Below, one piece after another: positions 26,798 to 37,800 of a DNA stretch of 64,000 nt (the stretch's first letter is position 1; each line of letters opens with the position of its first letter). A model generated the notes under the pieces. That model searched no databases. It was given only the letters and a program-made list of their open reading frames with translations, and was not told the origin of the DNA. The position numbers and the translations under genes were made by a program. Source of the DNA: Elusimicrobiota bacterium (GTDB lineage Bacteria; Elusimicrobiota; Endomicrobiia; Endomicrobiales; JBDRNC01); contig JBDRNC010000012.1 in assembly GCA_043811535.1 (NCBI GenBank), positions 1 through 64,000 of the forward strand, in the 5' to 3' direction.

Positions 26798-27327
26798 TTT
26801 TTCCCGCCTGTAACAGGCGCCCACCGCATCGCCACGGCTATCTGCATTTTGACGTTCTTGGGGTCATTCTCTTCCGCATAAATCTGCAAACGCTCTATCC
26901 TTACGGGCATACGACCCGCTCCGAGCTTGTATAAGAAGAAAGCAACGGCGAAGTGCGGCAGTCTGGCGTCAAGTTGAACCGATAACTCCCGAAAAGAAGC
27001 ATTTTCTTTCATCTGAAGCGACCTAATGCTCAGTATCTCCTTAACACCCGCTGATTTTATGGTCTCTTCAAGGTAAATCTGAAGAGCCACTTGCTGCTCT
27101 TCTACTGTTTTCTTGAAGTATTTAGGAGAGAATATCTCGTCATATCTGGCATTAATCTCATCTTTACGGTCGAGAAGAGATGCGTAACTGCGGTAGCGCA
27201 AATATGTTTCGTCTGACAGAGAGATGAATTGTATCCTCGGCTCTATAATGTACACGTACGCCAGAGAGATCGCAGCGACGCATATAGTGATAAACAGAAT
27301 TATCTTTTCTCTTTTCCGTAAAACCAT
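26794..27327 (-). CDS. GspM/PilO-like protein
   Basis: LRKREKIIL plus TM plus ferredoxin-like periplasmic domain; synteny. Confidence 0.65.
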   Translation of the reverse strand: MVLRKREKIILFITICVAAISLAYVYIIEPRIQFISLSDETYLRYRSYASLLDRKDEINARYDEIFSPKYFKKTVEEQQVALQIYLEETIKSAGVKEILSIRSLQMKENASFRELSVQLDARLPHFAVAFFLYKLGAGRMPVRIERLQIYAEENDPKNVKMQIAVAMRWAPVTGGKK

Positions 27328-28770
27328 CTATTTCTCCAGGCCAGCTATCCGGCTGTTCACTGCGCAGGTTATCTCAAAATCAACGAGCTCCTTGTCTTCC
27401 ATTTTGACAGAACGCGAGCCCTTGTTTGCAACCTGTTCAAATAGCGAGGACTTCGCCATGCGTTCAGTCGCCAGCGAGGCCACATTGAACGAATTCGTTC
27501 TTCCCTTGATATCAATCTTGTTTAAAGAATGATCATACACCATCTGGATAAGATTGACATTCGGAGGCAAAATCACACTAAGCTCTCTCAGCACTTCCAG
27601 GGGTATCAGTGAATCCGAAGCGAAGCTTTCAATGCCGTCTATCATCGCGGCACGTTTCTCAAGGGCTGATATCTCAGCTTTGGAAGAGTTTACTTTTTTT
27701 AAAAGCGCCCTGTTCTCTTCTATCGAAACCCTGTGCATCTCGAAATACACTATCCCCATTATGACAGCGAGAACTCCCGTCACAACCGATATCAATATTC
27801 TATTTCTATTTGCGCGCTGTTTCTCTTTATACCTGACGAATTCCTCCGGGACTAAATTAGCCTTGCCATCGCCAGCAAGCAGCAATCCTGTCAGGGGAAG
27901 GAAGGACGACCGGAAAGCCGCTTCATCCTTGAACACGATATCCTTGACCGGCCTGAATATATCGATGTCTATGCTCTTTAACCCCATTTTACCAGTTTCT
28001 TTCGAGAACACTGAATCCGCCGGCCCGGCAAGGTATATCTCCTTGAAGTTATATCCGGGATTCGCTGAGTTGAAAGACATTATTGACGTTCTGATCTCCC
28101 TGCTTGCCCTGTCCACGGCATCCGCAGGCTCGCCCGACGCCGGGTAGGCAAAAACTCGGCTCATGTTCAATTTTCCGTTCATGAAAATATCAAATTCCCA
28201 TCCGGACTCTCCGCAACACAGGATACCGAACGCCCCTTGCGCAAGTCCTGTGAAACCCGCGGCGATTTCCAATGTGACCGACGGCACAAGCATCATGGAC
28301 GGCGTTATACCCGCATCTTTCATAATATTGAAATGCTTAGCAACGGTTTCTTTCCTGGTGGCAAGCATCATGACTTCTCCTGGCTTGCCCTCGCCGGGAC
28401 CATCCATCTGATAAAAATCTATCACAGCCTCTTCGTAAGCGAAAGGAATATACTTTTCGGCTTCGAACTTCAGCATCGAACGCAGTTCGTCTTTGCTCCC
28501 TGGAGGAAGAGAAACAGCTCTTACAAATACCTGGCTGCCGGGCAGAAGTACTCTTGTTTCCGAACCCTCCAAACCATGTTCCGCAACGAAGGCCTTTAAA
28601 AGTTCCGATATCTTCCTGTATTCCGTTTCTGAGTCGTCTTCCGGAGCTATTCCCGTTCCTATTTCGACAAGCTTCTCCACCATCAATACCTGCTGCGACC
28701 GAACGGCAATGATCGCCCGAAGCGTTCTCCGGTTCCATTCTAAAGATAGTATTTTATCTTTCTGCGCCAT
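27328..28770 (-). CDS. GspL-like (PilM-PilN fusion) protein
   Basis: Actin-like cytoplasmic domain (FEAEKYIPF), NLVP, TM, PilN-like periplasmic domain. Confidence 0.8.
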   Translation of the reverse strand: MAQKDKILSLEWNRRTLRAIIAVRSQQVLMVEKLVEIGTGIAPEDDSETEYRKISELLKAFVAEHGLEGSETRVLLPGSQVFVRAVSLPPGSKDELRSMLKFEAEKYIPFAYEEAVIDFYQMDGPGEGKPGEVMMLATRKETVAKHFNIMKDAGITPSMMLVPSVTLEIAAGFTGLAQGAFGILCCGESGWEFDIFMNGKLNMSRVFAYPASGEPADAVDRASREIRTSIMSFNSANPGYNFKEIYLAGPADSVFSKETGKMGLKSIDIDIFRPVKDIVFKDEAAFRSSFLPLTGLLLAGDGKANLVPEEFVRYKEKQRANRNRILISVVTGVLAVIMGIVYFEMHRVSIEENRALLKKVNSSKAEISALEKRAAMIDGIESFASDSLIPLEVLRELSVILPPNVNLIQMVYDHSLNKIDIKGRTNSFNVASLATERMAKSSLFEQVANKGSRSVKMEDKELVDFEITCAVNSRIAGLEK

Positions 28771-29697
28771 TTATAATTCCCGCCAATAACGAATCTTGAT
28801 TTCTGCGCCCGTACGCTCCAGCATCGCTTCGACTGTTCTTGAGATCCTCCCGACTACGGCCGTGGAACGCACCCTGAAACGGATCGAACAGAACACTATG
28901 TGTTGCCCAGCCGCTTTGAATACTTCGTTCCCCAGGAATTCCACTACTTCGGCGCTCGAAGTAAACGGCTGGTCGTCTTCAGTTCCTTCCAGGGAATCCG
29001 GACCGGCCCTATGGGCAACGATCTGCAAAGCCAGTTTGCTGTCAAAAAGCGGCAATGCCTGTAGTACTTCGACCGGAGCCGTGTTGATGTTCACTTTTCC
29101 TGAAGAGAACACAGACATTGTCTTTGACGGCAGTTCTCGAAAACTCTCATCGTTAAAACCCCTTATCAAATTTAATTCATCGATGCAGTCGAGCGGTCCG
29201 TTCTTACAATGAATCGGATTATCTATATGTTGGTAATATTCCTCTTCCGCGCCGCACAACGCACTGTTCGAATCCGCATCCTGCCAATCGCTCACCGAAT
29301 CCAACGCTTCCTGAGCGTTTGGCATCAATTTTACGGGGTCGAAATTCTCGAGTATTGCCCTCGGAGAGATATTTATATTCAAGCGGCTCTCTTCGTCATC
29401 TACAGAGACATTCAGGACGCTTTCGCCTATTTTAACATTTTCGTAAGCGTCAGGATTCTTTTTCCATTTCTCGGACAAATAATCGTATTTATTGTCGTCA
29501 GATAACAACTCGGCCTTAACAACTTCAATGCCGCCTGACGCAAGCGCGAGCGCCTGCATCTCCCTCAGCGGAAAATTCGCTTTTCTCAGTTCGAGGCGCG
29601 CGATATACGCGGCCGAAAGCACCATAGAAGCGAGTATTATGCTGATCCACAATACAGCGACTAGGGCAAAACCTTTTTCTTCAGCGCGATGTTTCAT
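28771..29697 (-). CDS. gspK: Minor pseudopilin GspK
   Basis: GFALVAVLWI, DEESRLNIN, DWQDAD, GKVNINTAP. Confidence 0.9.
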   Translation of the reverse strand: MKHRAEEKGFALVAVLWISIILASMVLSAAYIARLELRKANFPLREMQALALASGGIEVVKAELLSDDNKYDYLSEKWKKNPDAYENVKIGESVLNVSVDDEESRLNINISPRAILENFDPVKLMPNAQEALDSVSDWQDADSNSALCGAEEEYYQHIDNPIHCKNGPLDCIDELNLIRGFNDESFRELPSKTMSVFSSGKVNINTAPVEVLQALPLFDSKLALQIVAHRAGPDSLEGTEDDQPFTSSAEVVEFLGNEVFKAAGQHIVFCSIRFRVRSTAVVGRISRTVEAMLERTGAEIKIRYWREL

Positions 29698-30343
29698 CCG
29701 TAAGGACCGGAACAACCGTTTCATAGAGTTTACCGGAATTCGCATTCCCGGGGCCGACTAGCATTACAACCACCTTCACAGCCCGAGGCAGGACACCATC
29801 TTTTAAAGAGGGTGATGAGGTTTTCCCTTCGCCCCACTCGTCTTTCCATGTCTTGCCGTCAAAATACTGTATTTTCAGCGAAGCGACATATTCCGACACC
29901 TCGGTTGAGGTTTCCTTCCTTTCCTGCTTAAGTTTTCCGGCAGGGAAGCCGAGATTGACCCTGATTAACCCCTGTTCTGGCGTAATTGGGTCCGAATCGA
30001 TCTCATACCTAACACGCTGCAACCCGCCCCTTGCGGAGGAGGTCAATGTCGCGTACGTAGCGAACTCCAGAGTGTCTGTAAAACGCTCGCCGTCCTGTTC
30101 ACGCTTCCCGATGAATTTCGTCATCTCGTTCATGGGCGAAAGATACGCGCACCTGATATCGCGCGATATCTGTCTGAGAGAATTCCTTAAGTTCTGATTA
30201 ATCCTGCCATGTTCTTCTATCCGTCTGTATGCATCGATACCGCTTCTGAAGGTCGAGTATACAGCCGCCGCAATGACAGTTACAACCGTCACGGCAACAA
30301 GCACTTCAATGAGAGAGAATCCTCTTTCTTTACTATTTTTCAT
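29681..30343 (-). CDS. gspJ: Minor pseudopilin GspJ
   Basis: GFSLIEVLV prepilin motif; LPRAVKV C-terminus. Confidence 0.85.
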   Translation of the reverse strand: MKNSKERGFSLIEVLVAVTVVTVIAAAVYSTFRSGIDAYRRIEEHGRINQNLRNSLRQISRDIRCAYLSPMNEMTKFIGKREQDGERFTDTLEFATYATLTSSARGGLQRVRYEIDSDPITPEQGLIRVNLGFPAGKLKQERKETSTEVSEYVASLKIQYFDGKTWKDEWGEGKTSSPSLKDGVLPRAVKVVVMLVGPGNANSGKLYETVVPVLTDETSR

Positions 30344-30743
30344 CGGTATCTTTATTAAGATCGGCGGACGGCTTCGCAGACAGTGTCTGGATTACCGCCT
30401 GACTCTCGCGTCCGTTCTCATCCCAGATTACAGTTATAGTGCAAAGATCAGTATGCTTATTGAACGGCGCGTATTCCCGTTTCCACTTGAATTTCACGCC
30501 TGCGTTTTCCAACGAACCTTCCGAAGCCGATCTTTCGGAGTTGCCGCTTCTCGCCTCAACCAGCACTGACTGGCACACCATAGCTGCCATACAATACTTG
30601 TCAGAATTTCCCGATACCTTAAGCATCATTCCTATCGAGTATATTGAAAATACAAGCACCGTGCCAATAATCACAAGCGCTATCAGCGTTTCAAGAAGGA
30701 TAAAACCATATTCCTTCCTCAAGACATCCTCTTTACCGTGCAT
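30333..30743 (-). CDS. gspI: Minor pseudopilin GspI
   Basis: GFILLETLIAL prepilin motif; synteny. Confidence 0.75.
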   Translation of the reverse strand: MHGKEDVLRKEYGFILLETLIALVIIGTVLVFSIYSIGMMLKVSGNSDKYCMAAMVCQSVLVEARSGNSERSASEGSLENAGVKFKWKREYAPFNKHTDLCTITVIWDENGRESQAVIQTLSAKPSADLNKDTDEK

Positions 30744-31201
30744 TTGCCATCAGCACCGTTTATGGTCACGGATATCTCCGAGTTCTTTTGGTTACTCAGA
30801 AATATTCTGAAATCCTCCGAAGTGCCATCCGGCTCAAAATTAACTTCCCTCACACTCAAGGCCTTAATCTCAATGTCATCAGGGAATTTTTGGCCGAGCG
30901 TGAGCGAATCCCTTAGCTTTTCATAATGACCCGGCTCGTTAACGGGATCATTCTCTACTGAAAGATCGAATGACCTTTGGAAAATATCAATATTCACACG
31001 GTACCTGCGCCCTTCAAAAACAGAAGCGTCACGCGCGTACGCCATAGCCGCCGCGATATTCTTCGCGGTATTCTCAAGCCGCATTTCCGCCGTAATCCCA
31101 TTCAGCGCCGGCCAGGCAATCATTACGATTATCGAGATGACCGCGGCAGTTAGCGCAAGTTCTATAAGTGTAAAGCCTGAATTTGATCGCGTACGTTTCA
31201 T
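30719..31201 (-). CDS. gspH: Minor pseudopilin GspH/FimT
   Basis: GFTLIEL, YARDAS, FEPDG. Confidence 0.8.
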   Translation of the reverse strand: MKRTRSNSGFTLIELALTAAVISIIVMIAWPALNGITAEMRLENTAKNIAAAMAYARDASVFEGRRYRVNIDIFQRSFDLSVENDPVNEPGHYEKLRDSLTLGQKFPDDIEIKALSVREVNFEPDGTSEDFRIFLSNQKNSEISVTINGADGKCTVKRMS

Positions 31202-31209
31202 ACACCCCG

Positions 31210-31632
31210 CTACCTGTTTTCGTCCCAGTTTGTTATATCGTCGCCGCCGCCGTCAGCCTTGTTCTGTCCGTACGATTTCAGGTCAAAATCCTTATTGTGA
31301 ATGCCTGGACACACATAGACATACTGCTGACCCCACGGGTCCTTGACGATTCGCTTCTTAAGATAGGGGCCCTTCCAATTATCAACGCCTGCCGGTTTAT
31401 CGTAAAGTGCATCTAGACCCTCCTGTGTCGACGGGAAGCGCCCTGTATCCAACTCGAACGTATCAGCCGCGACGCCGATGTTCTCTATCTGTAGTTTCGC
31501 CGCCGATATTCTGGCTTCTTCGCTTCTGCCTATCAACCGCGGAAGCACCACGGTCGCTAAAATACCGATAATAGTCACCACGAGCATTATCTCAATAAGC
31601 GTAAATCCATTTTCGTTCTTTCTGTTTTTCAT
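31210..31632 (-). CDS. gspG: Major pseudopilin GspG
   Basis: GFTLIEIMLV, WKGPYL, DPWGQQY, DITNW. Confidence 0.95.
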   Translation of the reverse strand: MKNRKNENGFTLIEIMLVVTIIGILATVVLPRLIGRSEEARISAAKLQIENIGVAADTFELDTGRFPSTQEGLDALYDKPAGVDNWKGPYLKKRIVKDPWGQQYVYVCPGIHNKDFDLKSYGQNKADGGGDDITNWDENR

Positions 31633-31642
31633 TTTTCCTCCG

Positions 31643-32854
31643 TCATCTTACTGCCGCGCTCATCTGAAACACAGGCAACAGCATCGATATGGCGACAAAA
31701 CCAACGAGAAGCCCGACTATGAGAATAATTGCCGGTTCCAGCAAGGATGTCAGTGTTTTTACCGAATAATCCACTTCGCGTTCGTATGTAGCGGCTATCC
31801 TGAGGAGAGCGTCCTCGATCCTGCCTGTTTCTTCGCCTATGGCCACCATCTCTGCGACCATGGGCGGAAAAACAGGGCTTTTTCTGATGGGTTCTACCAG
31901 CCCCTTGCCTTCCTTGACGCTTAACCGTATCTTTTCTATCTCTGCCGAGATTATACTGTTTTCCGACGAACCCTTGACCATTTCTAGCGCGTCAAGTATC
32001 GGAACTCCATTTTTGAGAAGGGCGCTGAGCATGCGGATGGACCGGGAGACTTGCTCTTTTTTTATCAGCATTCCGATGAGCGGCATACCCAGAAGCATAT
32101 TGTCATATCTGGTGCGGCCTTTTTCGGTTGTAAGATATTTTCTTATATAGAATACCCCTCCAACCAGAGCCGGTATATAGAACAACCATCCTTTTATAAC
32201 AATATCGCTTGCAACGAGCAGTATCCTTGTGGGAAGAGGCAGCATCTGCCCCATATCCTTGAACATCAATTCAAATTTCGGGATGACCACGGCAACAACG
32301 AATATCACGCTGGCAATCCCCACGGCGAGCATAACCGACGGATAAGCTATAGCGGATCGGACTTTCTGTTTCAGTTCCTCTTCCTTCTCGCCGAATTCAG
32401 CAAGGCGCGCCAAAACTGATTCAAGCAGACCGGCAGATTCTCCGGCTTTCACGACACCCACATACATGTTCGGGAACAGCTCCGGGTATCGTTCGAGCGA
32501 CGCCGAAAAACCTTTCCCTTCCTGGACGTCGGACCGTATCTCGATTATCACTTTCACCAAGGCCTTGTTCTCCGTCTGCCGTTCCAGAACTCCGAGTGCG
32601 CGCGAAAGCTGCAGGCCGCCCCTGAGCAGATCCACAAGGCGGTTAGTGAACAGTACTATCTGATTTTTATTTATTTTTTTTCTTCCGCTGAAAGAGGAGA
32701 ACAGCGGCCTTTTCTCTTCGTACGGTTTTATTGAAACGGGGAACAGTCCGTTTGACTGCAACTTGGAAGCTGCAGCTTTTTCCGAGTCTGATTCTATCTT
32801 TCCCGACTTAAGCTGTCCGGAAATGTCCTTCGCCTGATATATGAAAACAGCCAT
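31643..32854 (-). CDS. gspF: T2SS inner-membrane platform protein
   Basis: Two T2SSF domains, GESAG, AIAYP, GEETG, LLEP. Confidence 0.95.
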   Translation of the reverse strand: MAVFIYQAKDISGQLKSGKIESDSEKAAASKLQSNGLFPVSIKPYEEKRPLFSSFSGRKKINKNQIVLFTNRLVDLLRGGLQLSRALGVLERQTENKALVKVIIEIRSDVQEGKGFSASLERYPELFPNMYVGVVKAGESAGLLESVLARLAEFGEKEEELKQKVRSAIAYPSVMLAVGIASVIFVVAVVIPKFELMFKDMGQMLPLPTRILLVASDIVIKGWLFYIPALVGGVFYIRKYLTTEKGRTRYDNMLLGMPLIGMLIKKEQVSRSIRMLSALLKNGVPILDALEMVKGSSENSIISAEIEKIRLSVKEGKGLVEPIRKSPVFPPMVAEMVAIGEETGRIEDALLRIAATYEREVDYSVKTLTSLLEPAIILIVGLLVGFVAISMLLPVFQMSAAVR

Positions 32855-34551
32855 TATTCCAGTATCTCCTCTTCCTGCGTCACCCTGATAATCTCTTCTA
32901 AGGTTGTAAGCCCCGCCCTGACTTTATCCCATCCATCGTCGCGCAGGGTTTTCATTCCTTTCCTTATCGCTTCCTTCTTAATCAATCCGGCGGAGACTTT
33001 CTCCACAACGAGTTTTTTGAGTTCGTCGTCAAGCATTAAAAGTTCATATATTGCCGTCCTGCCCCTGTATCCGGTATGCCTGCATTCCTCGCATCCAGGC
33101 CCGGCTTTGTATATCTTGCCCTTGAAATCCCGCGGAAAACCGATACTTTTAAGGAAATCGGTGTCCGATCTATCTTCGACGCGGCAGTTCTTGCATACAA
33201 GTCTCACAAGACGCTGGGCCATGATTGCTTCTATGGACGAAGCCACGAGATACGGTTCAATACCCATATCCACAAGGCGCGTAACGGCTGCCGGAGCATT
33301 GTTGGTGTGAAGTGTGCTGAAAACAAGATGTCCCGTAAGAGAGGCTCTTATAGCAATTTCCGCCGTTTCCTGGTCACGGATCTCGCCTACCATTATCACA
33401 TCCGGGTCCTGCCTGAGTATGGCACGCAAACCGTTCGCAAAGGTGAGACCGATCTTCGAATGGACAGGGATCTGGTTGATGCCTTTTAGCTGATACTCAA
33501 CCGGCTCTTCAACAGTGATTATCTTTTTATCGGGCGAGTTTATCTTACTCAGACAGGCATACAACGTGGTCGTTTTGCCGTGCCCGGTGGGTCCCGTGAC
33601 AAGTATGATGCCGTGAGGGCGTTTTATCAGTTTTTCAGTCTTTTTCTGGTAGTCTTCCGGAAGACCCAGCTGATCAAGACCCAAAAGCATCTGTTTGCGC
33701 GGGAGTATCCTAAGATCAACGCTTTCGCCGTGTATCACGGGAAGCGTTGAGACGCGCAGGTCCACGATTTCGTCGCCCATCTTGAATTGTATCCTGCCGT
33801 CCTGCGGCAGACGTTTTTCTGCTATATCCATATCCGCCATAATCTTTATCCTGGAAATTATCGCCGACTGATAACGGGTCACCTGCGGCGGAATAGACGC
33901 CTCGTGAAGTATGCCGTCTATCCTGTATCGGATTATCATGTCGTTCTCAAAAGGTTCAAGGTGAATGTCAGTGGCGCGGTCATGGTAGGCTTCTTCGATT
34001 ATCTGGTTTACGAACTTGACTATGGATGCGTCCTCGTCGCCGACGGTTTCGGAGGATTCTTTTTCGTTCGCGGCCTCGGGAACCGTTTCGTCGTCGGCCG
34101 CGATTTTCTCCATCGTATCGGCGCCGAGGCCGTAAAGTTTCTTCAGCGCCTTCAGTATCTCATTCCCCGTAGCAAGCACTGGAGAAACGTCGCAACCGAA
34201 CATTAGGCGAAGGTCGTCGAACGCATGCACAGCAAGCGGATCGCTCACGGCTACGGTAAGCACATCGTTCTGAAGGTTAATCGGGACTAAATTATATCTA
34301 TGCGAGAATTTGGCTGAAATCCTGCCAGTAAGGGATTTATCGATCTTCTGTTCCGCGAGGTTTACAAGAGGATAGTTGAACTGGAAAGATAACGCTTTGA
34401 GGACATCGTATTCCTTTGCCCAACCCTTCTGGATAAGAATTTTCCCCAAGCGTTCATTAACGGATTTCTGGGTTTCGAGGGCCTTATTAAGCTGCTCCTC
34501 GCTTATTACACCCTCTTTGAGTAGAATCTGACCTATCAAAGGTTTGTTCAT
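32854..34551 (-). CDS. gspE: T2SS ATPase
   Basis: GPTGHGKTTT, LRQDPDVIMVGEIRD, GHLVFSTLHTN, CxxC/CxxC zinc motif. Confidence 0.96.
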   Translation of the reverse strand: MNKPLIGQILLKEGVISEEQLNKALETQKSVNERLGKILIQKGWAKEYDVLKALSFQFNYPLVNLAEQKIDKSLTGRISAKFSHRYNLVPINLQNDVLTVAVSDPLAVHAFDDLRLMFGCDVSPVLATGNEILKALKKLYGLGADTMEKIAADDETVPEAANEKESSETVGDEDASIVKFVNQIIEEAYHDRATDIHLEPFENDMIIRYRIDGILHEASIPPQVTRYQSAIISRIKIMADMDIAEKRLPQDGRIQFKMGDEIVDLRVSTLPVIHGESVDLRILPRKQMLLGLDQLGLPEDYQKKTEKLIKRPHGIILVTGPTGHGKTTTLYACLSKINSPDKKIITVEEPVEYQLKGINQIPVHSKIGLTFANGLRAILRQDPDVIMVGEIRDQETAEIAIRASLTGHLVFSTLHTNNAPAAVTRLVDMGIEPYLVASSIEAIMAQRLVRLVCKNCRVEDRSDTDFLKSIGFPRDFKGKIYKAGPGCEECRHTGYRGRTAIYELLMLDDELKKLVVEKVSAGLIKKEAIRKGMKTLRDDGWDKVRAGLTTLEEIIRVTQEEEILE

Positions 34552-34820
34552 GATAGACCTTTATAGACCCTTTTTGTCCTTAATTTCCAGCAAACAGCAT
34601 GGATTAGACAATAATATTACTATTTTTTTTGCCCGGACACAAGACAAAATGTAATTGATTAACTGGGGCAAATGTAAAAAGGGGTTTTTGGGTATTTTCG
34701 GACTTCAATAACGAACCAGAATGCAGGAGTGGATAGTGTCTTTGCCTTTCCAATTTGGCAGCACACAAGAATCAATCTGTAAATGCTAAATATGCGGAAA
34801 CGTTTTTGTCTATTGAATTT

Positions 34821-37800
34821 CTATTTAACTTCTATTTCCCACAATGAGTACCCCCACTGCGTCCCGCGTTGCTTCCCATCGATCTTAAGATACCTGGCAG
34901 ACTGACTGCCTACATTTATTCTTTCAGTACCGCCTGTTCCGTTAGTCTGTGAATAGGCGTTAGTCCAATTACTACCGTCGTTCGATACCAATATATCGTA
35001 GGATTCGCCATACGCGGTTTCCCAGAACAATACTACCGTGCTGAATGAGACAGGCGCCCCGAAATCAATACTTATCCATTCCGTATCATCGGCGTCAGAA
35101 GACCATCTTGTCCCGAGATCTCCGTCAAATGCGTTTGACGCTATGAGGTCCACTCCCTGCGACGAAGCAGATACCGATGCTTTATGAATATTGAAATACT
35201 CTTCGAATTCCCACAATGAGTACCCCCACTGGGTGCCGCGCTCTGTTCCATACATTCTTACATACCTTGCGTTCACGGCGTTGAATTCGATGTTTTCAAG
35301 CCCACCCGCGCTGTTCGTCGTAGCATATACGGTCGTCCAGTCAACGCCATTTGATGAAACATCTATCGTATACGCCTTGCCGTACGCGGTTTCCCAATTA
35401 AGGACAACTTTATTTACCGGTTGAACTGTTCCAATATCCACCTGATACCATTGTGGATCAGAGGCATCAGATGACCAACGTGTAGAACCGACTCCGTCAA
35501 CAGCCAAACTTGCCGTATCCTGCCCGCTGGATGCAGTCGCCGTCTTGCCCTTGGCAAGATTCGTAGCCATTGCGAAGTAATCCATGGATTCTGCATAATT
35601 AATCCTGCTTTGCGAATCCGTGGCTTCTACCCTAACCAGACTGCGTTCTGACTGCGTCAGGCCGGCTGTGTTGACAATATAGTCACCGGCGTTCGATATT
35701 GAATTGGCGATAGCATTCCATCTTATGAACCGTAGTTCATCAATGTATACACTTCCTGTTCCGGATATGCCGTCAAACGATATCGAGAAGTTATCCAGCG
35801 ATGAGCAATTGACACCGTTGAACGCCGACATGGGTATCGTGACTTTCTGCCAGTAGGTAGTTACATCTTCAGTCAAATAGTCCTTGACCGGCAATTTTAC
35901 CTCGTTATACGACGTATCTTTCAATCCTACCTTAAATTCTTCGCCGCCCTGGGATCCTTTGACCACAAGGCTGACATGAGTGTACGTGCTCATATCGGGC
36001 ACCGTATATATCCCCGTCCAGAAGCCGCCGTTGTCATTTTGGCCGGGTATTTCATAGTCAAGCTGCAGAGATTTGCCGGTATTGGAATACGCATCCTGAG
36101 CGTTCGTAAATTCGGAACTGACAATAGCATTGCTGGAATACCAGATGCCGGAGTTCGCGTTCAAATTATTCACATAATCGCCGTCATCAAAATTATCTAT
36201 CCCGGCCTGCATGGTTTGATCCGTATATTTCAACGTGATACCTGTTATAGTATCCGTGGAATAATATGGTACCGCGTTCCATTGTATGTCATATGTGTCG
36301 CCTTTAATCCTTTCTCCGCCGTCCGGTGTAATAAGCGTCACTACAGGCAGAATTCCGCTGCGCGTGAATACGATCTGTACAGGATTGGATTCCGCGGACC
36401 AGTTATCCGCGATGTCATGCGCCTTCGCGGTCAGCGTATATACCCCATCGCCGTTTGCCAGCGTTATCGGAAGGGTGTACGTATCCGATGATGCTATTAC
36501 TGTATACTCTGCCATTGCAGCTTTTGGCTGATACATTTTAATATGCACCGTAGCATCGGTTTCTGCGCTGCCAGAAACAATAATCCCGGGATCAGACCTC
36601 GGACTGGTTATCGGATCAATCGTAGGCGTCAAAGTATACGTATCCCATATAACTTCAAACTTTGCAGTGGTAGAAGACGCGTAATGCCCAAGATAATCCC
36701 CGGCTTCCACTGTCATCGTATAGAACCCATAATACGGCAGTTCCGACGGATTTATGGATGAGGATGTAGTCACCGAAACCTTTGTGCCAATAAGCGGCTC
36801 GCATTCACATTCAACAAGCGTCATGTAAGCCGTTGTATTTGCCTGGGATATATCCGATGCGTTAAACGAAACATTTATCATATCGCGCGCTTCTACGTAT
36901 ATATCTCCGCCGATGGGAGAATTAATGACTATTGCCGGCGGAGTATTATCTACAACCACATCAATAGACTTAGTTTCTTCTGTATTACCGCCGTTGTCAT
37001 ATGAACGATAAGTTACCGTGTGAGCGCCTTCGGCGACATCTGAAAGCGTAAACGGTGAAGCATAGTTTGTCCATGTGTCGTTATCTATGCGGTATTCGGT
37101 GTTTTTAATATTCGAAGGATATTCCCCTTCATCCTGAGCAGTTATCGTAAATAATGTATCCAATGTGACGTATAGGTTTCCATTAGCCGAGTATTTCGGC
37201 TGTGAAACACTCATGTAGCTAACCGGCGCAAGAGTATCTACTAAGACAATATATTCACTTTCAGCTATATTACCCACATTGTCCGAACCTTTATATGCTA
37301 TAGTGTGCCTTCCTCCGCCAACGAATGAGAGCGCACTAAGATCCTTATCGTATACTTTCGCGTTAGAGAACTCGGCGCTGCAGTTCATTGTCTCATACCC
37401 GATACCGCCGCTTAACTGCGATATCTTGGCATCATTTACGTTAAAATACAACTCATTATCAATGTATAGCTTAAGATTATTCCCGGATATTTCAAATCTG
37501 AAATTGTGCAGATCTTGAGGATTGAGAGATGATTGCACATCGTATCTGCTTCCAGCACCCTGTAAGGTTATCGTCAGCTCGATATTCCCGCCGCTATGCA
37601 ATAAAGCGTATATTCTATTGGAAGAATCCGTGTGTTTTGCATAAACCCACGCTACATCCCACGAATTGGCGCCGGGGGAAGTCGTTTTAACATCAGTTTC
37701 CACTATCCTGTCGGCCGGATAAGTATCTACTGACAAGGATTTTCCATTGCTGCCGAAGTATTTGCCTCCAGCTATATGCCAATTACCAAATTGCTCAGCA